A DNA stretch of 64,000 bases from Tubulanus polymorphus (lineage: Eukaryota > Animalia > Nemertea), in the NCBI RefSeq assembly GCF_964204645.1, contig NC_134028.1, positions 7,750,001 to 7,814,000 of the forward strand. Reading direction: 5' to 3'. Positions 1-13,958 of this stretch are shown here, one piece after another; position 1 is the first letter of the stretch; each line of letters opens with the position of its first letter. The notes under the pieces are model-generated. The model ran no database searches. It was not told the DNA's origin and was given only the letters and a program-made list of their open reading frames with translations. A program made the translations under genes and the position numbers.

Positions 1-3000
1 GTACCATCTCCAATATCTGACGTTACCCCTAGTGTACCTGAAGTTTTGACTGAAGGCAGACCAACAGAGTTCATATCAGCACCTGAGCCAAAAGAGATTC
101 AATCTCCCGTGTCGGATGAGGTATTAAAACCTGAGGCTGACGAGCCATCACCTGAACAGGTACCATCTCCAATATCTGACGTTACCCCTAGTGTACCTGA
201 AGTTTTGACTGAAGGCAGACCAACAGAGGTCATATCAGCACCTGAGCCAAAAGAGATTCAATCTCCTGTGTCATCAGATGAGGTATTAAAACCTGAGGCT
301 GAAGAGCCATCACCTGAACAGGTACCATCTCCAATATCTGACGTTACCCCTAGTGTACCTGAAGTTTTGACAGAAGGCAGACCAACAGAGGTCATATCAG
401 CACCTGAGCCAAAAGAGATTCAATCTCCTGTGTCATCAGATGAGGTATTAAAACCTGAGGCTGAAGAGCCATCACCTGAACAGGTACCATCTCCAATATC
501 TGAGGTTACCCCTAGTGTACCTGAAGCTTTGACTGAAGACAAACCAACTAAGGTCATATCAGCACCTGAGCCAAAAGAGATTCCATCTCCTGTGTCAGAT
601 GAGGTATTAAAACCTGAGGCTGAAGAGCCATCACCTGAACAGGTACCATCTCCAATATCTGACGTTACCCCTAGTGTACCTGAAGTTTTGACAGAAGGCA
701 GACCAACAGAGGTCATATCAGCACCTGAGCCAAAAGAGATTCAATCTCCTGTGTCATCAGATGAGGTATTAAAACCTGAGGCTGAAGAGCCATCACCTGA
801 ACAGGTACCATCTCCAATATCTGAGGTTACCCCTAGTGTACCTGAAGCTTTGACTGAAGACAAACCAACTAAGGTCATATCAGCACCTGAGCCAAAAGAG
901 ATTCCATCTCCTGTGTCAGATGAGGTATTAAAACCTGAGGCTGAAGAGCCATCACCTGAACAGGTACCATCTCCAATATCTGAGGTTACCCCTAGTGTAC
1001 CTGAAGTTTTGACTGAAGGCAAACCAACGGAGGTCATATCAGCACCTGAGCCAAAGGAGATTCAATCTCCTGTGTCAGATGAGGTATTAAAACCTGAGGC
1101 TGAAGAGCCATCACCTGAACAGGTACCATCTCCAATATCTGAGGTTACCCCTAGTGAACCTGAAGCTTTGACTGAAGACAAATCGACTGACGTCATATCA
1201 GCCCCTGAGCCAAACGAGATTCAATCTGCTGTCTCAGAGGATGTTTCAAATCCTAAGGCTGGTGAGGTTACCCCCGGGGAGGAAGCATTACCAATTATTG
1301 AGGTTACCCCTGGTGAACCTGAAGCTTTGACTGAAAAGAAACCAACAGAGGTCATATCAGCACCTGATCCAAAGGAGATTCAATCTCCTGTGTCAGATGA
1401 GGTATTAGAACCTGAGGCTGAAGAGCCATCACCCAAACAGGTACCATCTCCACTCTCTGAGGTTATCCCTAGTGAACCTGAAGTTTTGACTGAAGACAAA
1501 CCAACTGAGGTTATATCAGCACCTGAGCCAAAAGAGATTCAATCTGTTGTCTCAGAGGATGCTTCAAAACAGGAGGCTGATGAGCTTACCCCTGTAGAGG
1601 TACCATCTCCAATATCAGAGGTCACTCCCGGTGAACCTGAAGTTATGACTGAAGACAAATCAACAGAGGTTATATCAGCACCTGCGCCAACAGAGATTCA
1701 ATCTCCTGTTTTCAATGAGGCATTAAAACCTGAGGCTGATGAGCTTACTCCAGCAGAGGAAGCATCTCCAATATCCATGGTCACCCCTGCTAAACTTGAA
1801 GCTTTGACCGAAGAAAAACCAACAGAGGTTATATCAGCACCTGAGCCAAAACAGATTCAATCTCCTGTCGCAGATGAGGTAATAAAACCTGAGGCAGAAG
1901 AGCCTTCACCTGAACAGGTACTATCTCCAATATCTGAGGTTACTCCTAGTGTACCTGAGGTTTTGACTGAAGGCAAACCAACAGAGGTCATATCAGCACC
2001 TGAGCCAAAAGAGATTCAATCTCCTGTGTCGGATGAGGTATTGGAATCAGAGGCTGAAGAGCCATCACCTGAAGAGGTATTATCTCCACTATCTGAGGCC
2101 ACCCCCAGTGTAACTGCAGTTTTGACTGAAGGCAAACCAACAGAGGTCATATCAGCACCTGAGCCTAAAGAGATTCAATCTGCTGTCTCAAAGGATGTTT
2201 CAAAACCTGAGGCTGGTGAGCTTACCCCTGGGGAGGAAGCATTACCAATTATTGAGGTTACCTCTGGTGAACCTGAAGCTTTGACTGAAAAGAAACCAAC
2301 AGAAGTCATATCAGCACCTGATCCAAAGGAGATTCAATCTCCTGTGTCAGATGAGGTATTAGAACCTCAGGCTGAAGAGTTATCACCCGAACAGGTACCA
2401 TCTCCACTCTCCGAGGTGACCCCTAGTGAACCCGAAGTTTTGATCAAAGACAAACCAACGCAGGGTATAGCAATACCTGAGCCAAAGGAGATTGAATCTC
2501 CTGTCTCAGAGGATATATCCAAAACTAAGGATGAAGAGCCTTCACCTGAAGAAAATATGTCTCAACTATCTGAGGTGACCCCTGGTGAACCTGAAGCTTT
2601 GACTCAAGATAAACTAACAGAGGTCATATCAGCACCTGAGCCAGAGGAGATTCAATTTCTTGTGTCGGATGAGGTATTGGAACCTGAGGCTGAAGAGCTA
2701 TCGCCAGAACAGGTACCATCTCCAAAATCTGAGGTTACCCCTATTGAACCTGAAGTTTTGACTGAAGACAAACCAACAGAGGTCATATCAGCACCTGAGC
2801 CAGAGGAGATTGAATCCCCTGTCTCGGCAGAGGATGTTTCAAAGCCTGAGGCTGATAAGCTTACTCCTGCAGAGGGACCATCTCCATTATCTGAGGTTAC
2901 CCCTAGTGAACCTGAAGATTTGAGTGAAGACAAACCAACTGAGGTTATATCAGCACCTGAGCCAAAACAGATTCAATCTTCTGTCTCAGATGAGTTATTG

Positions 3001-6000
3001 GAACCTGAGGCTGAAGAGCGATCACCTGAACAGGTATTATCTCCACTATCTCAGGTTACCCCTAGTGTACCTGAAGCCTTGACTGAAGACAAACCAACAG
3101 AGGTCATATCAGCACCTGCGCCAAAATGGATTCAATCTGTTGTCTCAGAGGATGTTTTAAAACAGTTGGCTGATGAGCTTACTCCTGGGGAGGAAGCATC
3201 ACCAATTACTGAGGTTACCCCTGGTGAACCTGAAGCTTTGACTGAAGAGAAACCAACAGAGGTCATATCAGCACCTGATCCAAAGGAGATTCAATCTCCT
3301 GTGTCAGATGAGGTATTAGAACCTGAGGCAGAAGAGCCTTCACCTGAAGAAGATACGTTTCAACTATCTGAGGTGACCCCTGGTGAACATGAAGCTTTGA
3401 CTGAAGATAAACCAACTGAGGTCATATCAGCACCTGAGCCAAAAGAGATTCAATCTCTTGTGTCGGAAGAGGTATTGGAACCTGAGGCTGAAGAGCTATC
3501 ACCAGAACAGGTACCATCTCCAATATCTGAGGTTACCCCTATTAAACCTGAAGTTTTGACTGAAGACAAACCAACAGAGGTCATATCAGCACCTGAGCCA
3601 GAGGAGATTGAATCTCCTGTCTCGGCAGAGGTTGTTTCAAAGCCTGAGGCTGATGAGCTTACTCCTGCAAAGGTATTATCTCCATTAACCGAGGTTACCC
3701 CTAGTGAACCTGAAGCTTTGACTGAAGACAAACCAACTGAGGTTATATCAGCACCTGAGCCAAAAGAGATTCAATCTCCTATATCAGAGGATATATCTGA
3801 AACTGAGGCTCATGAGCCTCCACCTGAAGAAGATATGTCTCAACTATCTGAGGTGACCCCCGGTGAACCTGAAGCTTTGACTGAAGATAATCGAACAGAG
3901 GTCATATCAACACCTGATCCAAAGGAGATTCAATCTCCTGTGTCAGATGAGGTATTAGAACCTGAGGCTGAAGAGCCATCACCCGAACAGGTACCATCTC
4001 CACTCTCTGAGTTTACCCATAGTGAACCTGAAGTTTTGATTGAAGACAAACAGACGCAGGTTATAGCAATACCTGAGCCAAAGGAGATTGAAACTCCTAT
4101 CTCAGAGGATGTATCTAAAACTGAGGCTGAAGAGCCTTCACCTGAAGAAGATACTTTTCAACTATCTGAGGTGACCCCTGGTGAACATGATGCTTTGACT
4201 GAAGATAAACCAACTGAGGTCATATCAGCACCTGAGCCAAAAGAAATTCCATCTCTTGTGTCGGATGAGGTATTGGAACCTGAGGCTGAAGAGCCATCAC
4301 CCGAACAGGTACCATCTCCACTCTCTGAGTTTACCCATAGTGAACCTGAAGAGGCTAAGGAGCCTTCACCTGAAGAAGATACATTTCAACTATCTGAGGT
4401 GACCCCTGGTGAACATGAAGCTTTGACTGAAGATAAACCAACTGAGGTCATATCAGCACCTGAGCCAGAGGAGATTGAATCTCCTGTCTCGGCAGAGGAT
4501 GTTTCAAAGCCTGAAGCTGATGAGCTTACTCCTGCAAAGGTATTATCTCCATTATCCGAGGTTACCCGTAGTGAACCTGAAGCTCTGACTGAAGACAAAC
4601 CAACTGAGGTTATATCAGCACCTGAGCCAAAAGAGATTAAATCTCCTATATCAGAGGATATATCTGAAACTGAGGCTCATGAGCCTTCACCTGAAGAAGA
4701 TATGTCTCAACTATCTGAGGTGACCCCCGGTGAACCTGAAGCTTTGACTGAAGAAAATCGAACAGAGGTCATATCAGCACCTGATCCAAAGGAGATTCAA
4801 TCTCCTGTGTCAGATGTGGTTTTAGAACCTGAGGCTGAAGAGCCATCACCTGAACAGGTACCATCTCCACTCTCTGTGTTTACCCATAGTGAACCTGAAG
4901 TTTTGATTGAAGACAAACAGAAGCAGGTTATAGCAATACCTGAGCCAAAGGAGATTGAAACTCCTATCTCAGAGGACGTATCTAAAACTGAGGCTGAAGA
5001 GCCTTCGCCTGAAGAAGATACTTTTCAACTATCTGAGGTGACCCCTGGTGAACATGATGCTTTGACTGAAGATAAACCAACTGAGGTCATATCAGCACCT
5101 GAGCCAAAAGAAATTCAATCTCTTGTGTCGGATGAGGTATTGGAACCTGAGGCTGAAGAGCCATCACCCGAACAGGTACCATCTCCACTCTCTGAGTTTA
5201 CCCATAGTGAACCTGAAGAGGCTAAGGAGCCTTCACCTGAAGAAGATACGTTTCAACTATCTGAGGTGACCCCTGGTGAACATGATGCTTTGACTGAAGA
5301 TAAACCAACTGAGGTCATATCAGCACCTGAGCCAAAAGACATTCAATCTCTTGTGTCAGATGAGGTATTGGAACCTGAGGCTGAAGAGCCATCACCAGAA
5401 AAGGTACCATCTCCAATATCTGAGGTTACCCCTATTGAACCTGAAGTTTTGACTGAAGACAAACCAACAGAGTTCATATCAGCACCTGAGCCAGAGGAGA
5501 TTGAATCTCCTGTCTCGGCAGAGGATGTTTCAAAGCCTGAGGCTGATGAGCTTACTCCTGCAGAGGTACCATCTCCATTATCTGAGGTTACCCCTAGCAA
5601 ACATGAAGCTTTGACTGAAGACAAACCAACTGAGGTTATATCAGCACCTGAGCCAAAACAGATTCAATCTCCTGTCGCAGATGAGGTATTGGAACCTGGG
5701 GCTGAAGAGCCATCACCTGATGAGGTATTATCTCCGCTATCTGAGGGCACCCCTAGTGTACCTGAAGATTTGACTGAAGGCAAACCAGCAGAGGTCATAT
5801 TAGCACCTGAGCCTAAAGAGATTCAATCTCCTGTGTCAGATGAGGTATTAAAACCTGAGGCTGAAGAGCCATCACCTGAACAGGTACCATCTCCAATATC
5901 TGAGGTTACCCCTAGTGAACCGGAAGTTTTGATCGAAGACAAACCAACGCAGGTTATAGTAATAATACCTGAGCCAAAGGTGATTGAATCTCCTATCTCA

Positions 6001-9000
6001 GAGGAAATATCTGAAACTGAGGCTCATGGGCCTTCACCTGAAGAAGATAAGTCTCAACTATCTGAGGTGACCCCTGGTGAACCTGAAGCATTGACTGAAG
6101 ATAAACCAACTGAGGTCATATCAGCACCTGAGCCAACAAGGATTCAATCTCCCATGTCGAATGAGGTATTAGAACCTGAGGCTGAGGAGCCATCACCTGA
6201 AGAGGTGTTATCTCCACTATCTGAGGGGACACCTAGTATACCTGAGGTTTTGACTGAAGACAAACCAACAGAGGTCATATCAGCACCTGAGCCAAAAGAG
6301 ATTCAATCACTTTTGTCAGATGAGATATTACAATCTGAGGTTGAAGAGCCATCATTTGAACAGGTACCATCTCCAATATCTGAGGTTACCCCTGGTGAAC
6401 CTAAAGCTTTGACTGAAGACAAACCAACTGAGGTCATATCAGCTCCTGAGCCAAAAGAGATACAATCTGCTGTCTCGGAGGATGTTTCAAAACCTGAGGC
6501 AGATGAGCTTACTCCTGGGGAGGAAGCATCACCAATTATTAAGGTTATCCCTGGTGAACCTGAAGCTTTGACTGAAGAGAAACCAACAGATTTTCTATCA
6601 GCACCTGATCCAAAGGAGATTCAATCTCCTATCTCGGAAGATTTATCTATAACTGAGGCTGATGCGCTTACTCCTGCAGAGATACCATCTCCATTATCCA
6701 AGGTTACCCCTAGAGAACCTGAAGCTTTGAGTGAAGACGAACCAACTGAGGTTTTATCAGCACCTGAGCTAAAACAGATTCAATCTCCTTTCTCAGATGA
6801 GGTATTGGAACCTGAGGCTGAGGAGCCATCACCTGAACATGTATCATCGCCAATATCTGAGGTGACGCCTAGTGAACTTGAAGTTTTGACTGAAGACAAA
6901 CCAATAGCGGTCGTATCAGCACCTGAGCCAGAGGAGATTGAATCTCGTGTCTCGGCAGAGGATGTTTCAAAACAGGAGGCTGATGAGCTTACTCCTGCAA
7001 AGGTATTATCTCCATTATCCGAGGTTACCCCTAGTGAACCTGAAGCTTTGACTGAAGACGAGCCATCTGAGGTTATATCAGCTCCTGAGCCAAAACAGAT
7101 TCAATCTCTTGTCTCTGATGAGGAATTAAAACCTGAGGCTGATGAGCTTACTCCTGGGGAGGAAGAATCTCCAATTATTGAGATTACCCCTGGTGAACCT
7201 GAACCTTTGACTGAAGATAAACCAACAGAGATTATATCAGCACCTGAGCCAAAAGAGATTCAATCTCCTGTCTCAGATAAGGTATTGAAACCTGAGGTGA
7301 CCCCTGGTGAACATGATGCTTTGACTGAAGATAAACCAACTGAGGTCATATCAGCACCTGAGCCAAAAGACATTCAATCTCTTGTGTCAGATGAGGTATT
7401 GGAACCTGAGGCTGAAGAGCCATCACCAGAAAAGGTACCATCTCCAATATCTGAGGTTACCCCTATTGAACCTGAAGTTTTGACTGAAGAAAAACCAACA
7501 GAGGTCATATCAGCACCTGAGCCAGAGGAGATTGAATCTCCTGTCTCGGCAGAGGATGTTTCAAAGCCTGAGGCTGATGTGCTTACTCCTGCAGAGGTAC
7601 CATTTCCATTATCTGAGGTTACCCCTAGCGAACATGAAGTTTTGACTGAATACAAACCAACTGAGGTTATATCAGCACCTGAGCCAAAACAGATTCAATC
7701 TCCTGTCGCAGATGAGGTATTGGAACCTGGGGCTGAAGAGCCATCACCTGATGAGGTAATATCTCCACTATCTGAGGGTACACCTAGTGTACCTGAAGAT
7801 TTGACTGAAGGCAAACCAGCAGAGGTCATATTAGCACCTGAGCCTAAAGAGATTCAATATCCTGTGTCAGATGAGGTATTAAAACCTGAGGCTGAAGAGC
7901 CATCACCTGAACATGTACCATCTCCGATATCTGAGGTGACGCCTAGTGAACCCGAAGTTTTGATCGAAGACAAACCAACGCCGGGTATAGCAATACCTGA
8001 GCCAGAGGAGATTGAATCTCCTGTCTCAGAGGATATATCCAAAACTAAGGCTGAAGAGCCTTCACCTGAAAAAAATATGTCTCAAATATCTGAGGTGACC
8101 CCTGGTGAACCTGAAGCTTTGACTCAAGATAAACTAACAGAGGTCATATCAGCACCTGAGCCAAAAAAGATTCAATCTCTTGTGTCGGATGAGGTATTGG
8201 AACCTGTGGCTGAAGAGCTATCGCCAGAACAGGTACCATCTCCAATATCTGAGGTTACCCCTATTGAACCTGAAGTTTTGACTGAAGACAAACCAACAGA
8301 GGTCATATCAGCACCTGAGCCAAAAGAGATTCAAACTCCTGTGTCAGATGAGGTTTTAGATCCTGAGGCTGAAGAGCCATCACCTGAACAGGTACCATCT
8401 CCACTCTCTGAGGTTACCCCTAGTGAAGCTAAAGTTTTGACTGAAGACAAACCAACACAGGTTATATCAGCACCTGAGCCAAAAAAGATTGAATCTCCTG
8501 TGTCAGCAGAGGATGTATCAAAACAGGAAGTGGATGAGCTTACTCCTGCAGAGGAAGCATCTCCAATATCTGTGGTCACCCCTGTTGAACCTGGACCTTT
8601 GACTGAAGACAAACCAACTGAGGTTATATCAGCACCCGAGCCAAAAGAGATTCAATCGGCTGTCTCAGAGGATGTTTCAAAACAGGAGGCTGATGAGCTT
8701 ACTCCTGTCAAGGTATTATCTCCATTTTCTGAGGTTACCCCTAGCGAACCAAAGGTGATTGAATCTCCTGTCTCAGAGGATATACCTAAAACTGAGGTTG
8801 AAGAGCCTTCACCTCAACTATCTGAGGTAACCCTTGGTGAACCTGAAGCTTTAACTAAAGATAAACCTACTGAGGTTATAATAGCGCCTGAGCCTAAAGA
8901 TTATCAATCTCCTGTGTTGGATGAGGTATTAGAATCTCAGGCTGAAGATCCATCACCTGAAGAGGTGTTATCTCCACTACCTGAGATCACCCCTTGTAAA

Positions 9001-9410
9001 CCTGAAGTTTTGACTGAAGACAAACATGCAGAGGTTATAATAGCACCTGAGCCAAAGGAGATTCAATCTCCTGTGTCAGATGAGGTGTTAAAACATGAAG
9101 CTGAAGAGCCATCACCTGAACAGGTACCATCTCCAATATCTGAGGTTACCCCTGTTGAACCTGAAGCTTTGACTGAAAAGAAACCAACAGAGGTTATATT
9201 AGCACCCGAGTCAAAAGAAATTCAATCTCCTGTCTCAGATGAGGTATTAATACCTGAGGTGGAAGAGCCTCCGCCTGAACAGGTAATATCCTCATTATCT
9301 GAGGTCACCCCTAGTGAGCCTGAAAGTTTCACTGACGACAAACCAACCGAGGTGATATCACCACATCAGCCAAAAAAGATTCAATCTCCTGTCTCAGAGG
9401 ATGTAACAAA
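1..9410 (+). repeat. Coding tandem repeat, 159-162-bp unit (TEDKPTEVISAPEPKEIQSPVSDEVLKPEAEEPSPEQVPSPISEVTPSEPEAL), roughly 58 copies
   Basis: Unit directly visible in DNA and translation. Near-identical copies at the 5' end, more diverged copies toward the 3' end. Confidence 0.95.
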
Positions 9411-10990
9411 ACCACCACCAGACACCAAACCTACTGACCGAGATAAGTTAATTTACGATACAGATTCTTTGGAGATCCCCGCTGTAGACCACACTGAAGA
9501 GGTTATCATAGCTAAAAATGATACTCTGAAATGCGTTACTACTGTGGAATTAGCTGTGGAAGTCAATGATGTCCAAGAGCAACCCAAACATGTTGCTGGA
9601 GTCAACATTATGCTTGTCAGCACTGAGCCCAAAGATCATGATTCCACAAAATCTCATTTTAGGTCATCATTTTATCGAAATGTAGAGGAATTTGATGAAA
9701 TACACATATGTGTTCCCTACCCTGAACATTATGCAACTGAAATTTCGTTAATTCCATTTATAAATGTGATGTCTGAGATTCCTCAGAGACATATCAGTGA
9801 ATTAGTTCTTACACAGACCGATGCTGATGCACCATCTGTAGATCATAGTGAGGAAACAAGAAGCATATCACGGACCAGTATTGATCTCTCTGTCACATCC
9901 TCAGTATCTCCATCCTCTGAAAAGTCTAGTCCGATTGACAGTATTCCATTACAGCCATCAGATTCAGTGACAGTTATGAAATCTGAACTCCATGCACCAC
10001 GTTTAACAGTTGAAAAGGTTGTACTATCTAGTTGCACTAGTGAAAGTGACTCCACTGAAACTGAAAGCCTCATTGAGCCTCTTAGGATAACTCATAATAT
10101 TGATCATTCTGAAAGATTTGTTCAAACATCACGTTCCACTATATATGTTCCAGAAAAAAAGCGACAAACTTTGACCACCTACAGCAACCTCCTCTATGAA
10201 ATCTCACCCGACCAACTTCCCCAGACAGAGAGATCAGAGGCTGGACTGAAGGTAGCATTAGAACAAATAACTGTTCATCCAGGATTACAAAAAGTCATCG
10301 GAGCAGAGAGGGGAGAGTCTGATATCATAGTTGCTGGATCTGGTGTTCTGAGAACTAGTTTACCAAAAGAGTCTTTAGCTCATATTGTGCAATGTATTCA
10401 AACCTCACCACAAGAACATATAAAATCTGATCACTCTACTCGCATACACTCCTCTGCACATCCAAAACCAACGGTCCAACGTTCAGCCCAGTACTCTGGA
10501 GAAGCGGGCATATTCTTCTCTCATCATGAGCGCGATATGGAACTAACTGAGGCGTATTATTCCTGGGGTAGAGAACTTGTGATACAAGAAGGTTCAACGT
10601 ATAACACTCGTGATATTGTAACCGATACGGAATATACTGATGTTGTTGAATGTGAACGTTCCGAAAATGTAATTGTGTCTGAGCCAAAAACTGGTCTCAT
10701 TCAAATCGATGAAACTATTATGGCTGAGTCCGAATTAGAGCGTCGGAAATCATTGGCATTTCTTGTCGATAAATACAATAAGTCTGGTGAATACAGTGTC
10801 AATGGACAAAAAAGTTCTGATTCTCAGTTAGATGTTAATATCGAGGCCTCTTCAATATCTGTGGGTGAGAGTCAGACATTCCCAGACCATGAATCTTGTG
10901 ATAAAGAAAACGATTCCAAACCTGCTAAGGAAAAGTCACAGAAAAAGAAGAAAAAACATGTCGAGCAGGTGGCTGGATCTAGTAGTCCAG
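1..10990 (+). CDS. Giant exon A (>=10,990 nt, open from base 1): ~53-54-aa P/E/S/V-rich tandem repeats followed by ~520 aa of unique acidic sequence
   Basis: Frame 1 has no stop from base 1 to 11037. Phase-1 donor CCAG|GTACTT at 10990/10991. Confidence 0.85.
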
Positions 10991-12937
10991 GTACTTTCCT
11001 AGCTAGTGATTCCATCTTTCTATATCCCTTGCACTGATGAATTCTAGACAATAGAACTGATCCTTCCTCGTGGTACTCAAGTAAACCTCAGGGATAGAAT
11101 AATTATAATTGATTTTTGGATGATTGACAAGCACTACTCCTCAAAATTAACATACCCTAGCTTTTACCTTGGTGTTTATTCATTTCCTAGCTTTGACAAG
11201 AGAAAACTGTGTTGCCAGTCAATTTGATTTCTCATTGTCAGCTTCCCAATAAATTCATGAGGATGAGTGGTCATTTTATTGTCTGATTGAATTCTGAATT
11301 ACGCAGCTTTGAGTTAGTGGCTACAGTAATATATGAAATTAACAAAGTGCTGCTTCCGCAGTTTTCTCTATAACAATCTTTTTTCAAAATTTCAGAATCT
11401 TTTCTTTCTCATTTCCATCTATATCTTATTGCTGACATAAAGCGAACATCATCAAACAGATATTGCATGCACACACATGGAAGCTTCCTTAAGACAGGGT
11501 TGTTTCTTTTTACAGATATAAATTTCCAGAAATTGTCACAAAAACATCCGCAGTTTCACCGCTGTTATTGCTTGAACTGAACAATAGGCTCGCCAGCTTA
11601 ATTTTTCATATGGCACGATAGATTAATCCACTAATGATAATAAGGAATGCTTTTACTTAGGAGTTGCTAAATATCATTCAAAGAAGATTATGCTTAGAAA
11701 AGAATTTCTGGTCAATATGCTCTGGACTCTATGGTTTCTGGTTATTGTATGTACACCTACGACTCCATGACGGTATTAGAGATAATGTAGTAAATGTTGT
11801 ATCCCCCACATCATCTAACTTGCTTCGTTACAACGAGTTTGGAACTGCCCTTGTTCGTGTTGGCATGTTTATGAATTACTAATCCTGAAGAATCAAAGTT
11901 TGTTCATTTTAATTTCTTTGATTCTTTCTCGACTCTATTCTGACTACTTGTTTTTCTTTGAATCTTTACAACAGACGTCTTGGTGGCTCTGGAAACTTGA
12001 GAATGAGATTCGTGAAAATTTTCATAAATTAAAAACCTCTTTGTTTACTGTTTACTACAGTTTATTATCTGTACAAATGAAGGGTTGTTATTTTAATATC
12101 TGTATCAATAACTTGGCCCAGGATTTCTATTCTTCTATTTATAATTCATTTACATGCATATCATATTGCACTTTCTTCAGTCATTTTTAGTCACTAAAAG
12201 TTAAAGCGTAGTCAGGGAGGAGTTGTGTTCAGTAATCACTACTTCAAAATCTTGAAATTAGTAATCATACACAGCTTCGATGATGAATGTTTTAGCCTAG
12301 ATAAATGAATGAACATTCTGATTAACCTGCTTGATATATAGTATTTCACTTTTTGTATAATTCTGTGTGTAAAAGTAAAACCTGTCATGTTTTCAGAGGA
12401 AACTTTTGATTAATACCGTAATAACTCTGTAGTATGATACTTAAGTGACACATGGACTCTCTTCTTGCTATTTTTGAAATGGTGATCATCAAATTTTGAA
12501 TTAAAGAGCTGGAAATTATTTGCATTTTTTCTAGATGCCTCTGTGTTTCACACCATCTTTTTTATTTGACAAAGGGTTGGCATGTTTATGTAATTTGGAA
12601 TGTTTTCTCTGAAACGATATCTCGATGTTGTTATTGTTGAATAATGTAAAATTCTGTTTAAGTACTCGTCAATGTTAGCGCTGCTAAAGAGTATCGTCTT
12701 AAGCAAAGTTTTGTCACAGGAATTGTAGGAATCTTAACTTTTCAAAACGTGTTTGTATGCTAGTTAGCAAAGACACTAGGAACAACTTCAGCAAAACATT
12801 TTTACCTCGATCTAACAAAAATTTCATTTCAGGTTTTTTCTACTTCATCATCACCGTTATATTTCACTTAGAAATGTTCCATTGCGGCTGAGTGAAATTT
12901 AAGTCCATAGAACAAAAGAATATTTCTAACCTTTCAG

Positions 12938-13063
12938 TTTTGCTAAACAATGTTGATGATGACCAACCGGGAACACCTACCATTACTGTAACTGAAGACC
13001 TCACCAGTCCTTGCGAGGATGATGATTATGTTAAATATTTTGGACTAGAGAAAGAGGCCGAAG
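12938..13063 (+). CDS. Cassette exon, 126 nt, phase 1-1 (VLLNNVDDDQPGTPTITVTEDLTSPCEDDDYVKYFGLEKEAE)
   Basis: Acceptor ctttcAG at 12936-37, donor GAAG|GTACAT. Open acidic frame compatible with neighbouring exons. Confidence 0.75.
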
Positions 13064-13376
13064 GTACATGGTGTTCACCTTAGACGAGTCTTTTTCTTCG
13101 GTTCTCATCATTGTGTGCCCACATTTTGCCTCAACTGATCACTGCCCTTGTTTATATTTATATATATGTATATATATACACCACAACGCACTTTCATCAG
13201 TCATTATATTGTTTAGTGGAGTTATATTTTTTGTACATGACTAAATCAGTGCTGCATGACTAGAGCTAATTCATTTTCTAGTTTTCTAGCACTTTTCCAT
13301 GCAGTCTGGTGATAAACCAGTTATTGTTATCCATTCACTACTTATATTTTCAAACTTATATCATGTTTTATTGCAG

Positions 13377-13394
13377 AACTTCCAACTAGCCCAG
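13377..13394 (+). CDS. 18-nt microexon, phase 1-1 (ELPTSP)
   Basis: ttttattgcAG|AACTTCCAACTAGCCCAG|GTATAA; frame-preserving. Confidence 0.55.
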
Positions 13395-13910
13395 GTATAA
13401 AATCCAATAGTTCTTTCAACCAGCACAGCAACGCTTCATGAAAACCACATATACCACTGTTTGATTATATCAAACGCTTATTGTGCTTTATTCAATCATA
13501 CATGCATAAAGAATGAATAGAAATATGAAATAAAGTGTATTGAATAATTGACCGATAAAAGTATGAGAAGTATGGTTGCTGTGTCTGTTGTTTATATGTG
13601 TGTGTTATTTATGTGGAAGCAGAGAATATATAATTAAGCAAAATGTCAGAATTCTCGTATGGTTATTGTTTTTGTGTAAAAACCAAACTTCAACTTTACT
13701 AGTCAAGTACTAGTCGTGTTTCTTTATGCCATTGATCTTCGTTTTGCACCACAAATGGGTTCTTCATGAAAATACCTTTGGGGACATTTTGCTTTCTATA
13801 AAATTGGTCTTTCGTTTGCTACTGTAAACATTGGTCGGTGTCTGAACCTGAAACCAACAATTTTTGGTGTTGTCCACAATCTCTTACTCATGTCTGTTCC
13901 CTTTTTGTAG

Positions 13911-13958
13911 CCATGCATGATGACACGGGATTCGATCAAGATACTATCGGTGCTGAAG
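13911..13958 (+). CDS. 48-nt small exon, phase 1-1 (AMHDDTGFDQDTIGAE)
   Basis: Strong polypyrimidine acceptor ccctttttgtAG, donor GAAG|GTACAT; frame-preserving. Confidence 0.7.

Noticed and set aside
420-8612. Many ~60-98-aa minus-strand ORFs (MTSVGLPSVK..., MSSVKASG...)
   Set aside because: Antisense shadows of the exon A repeat unit.
10991-11253. Read-through of exon A to the stop at 11037 with AATAAA at 11248 as an extra terminal isoform
   Set aside because: Possible, but a good in-phase donor exists at 10990 and AATAAA is common in AT-rich introns; unsupported without transcripts.
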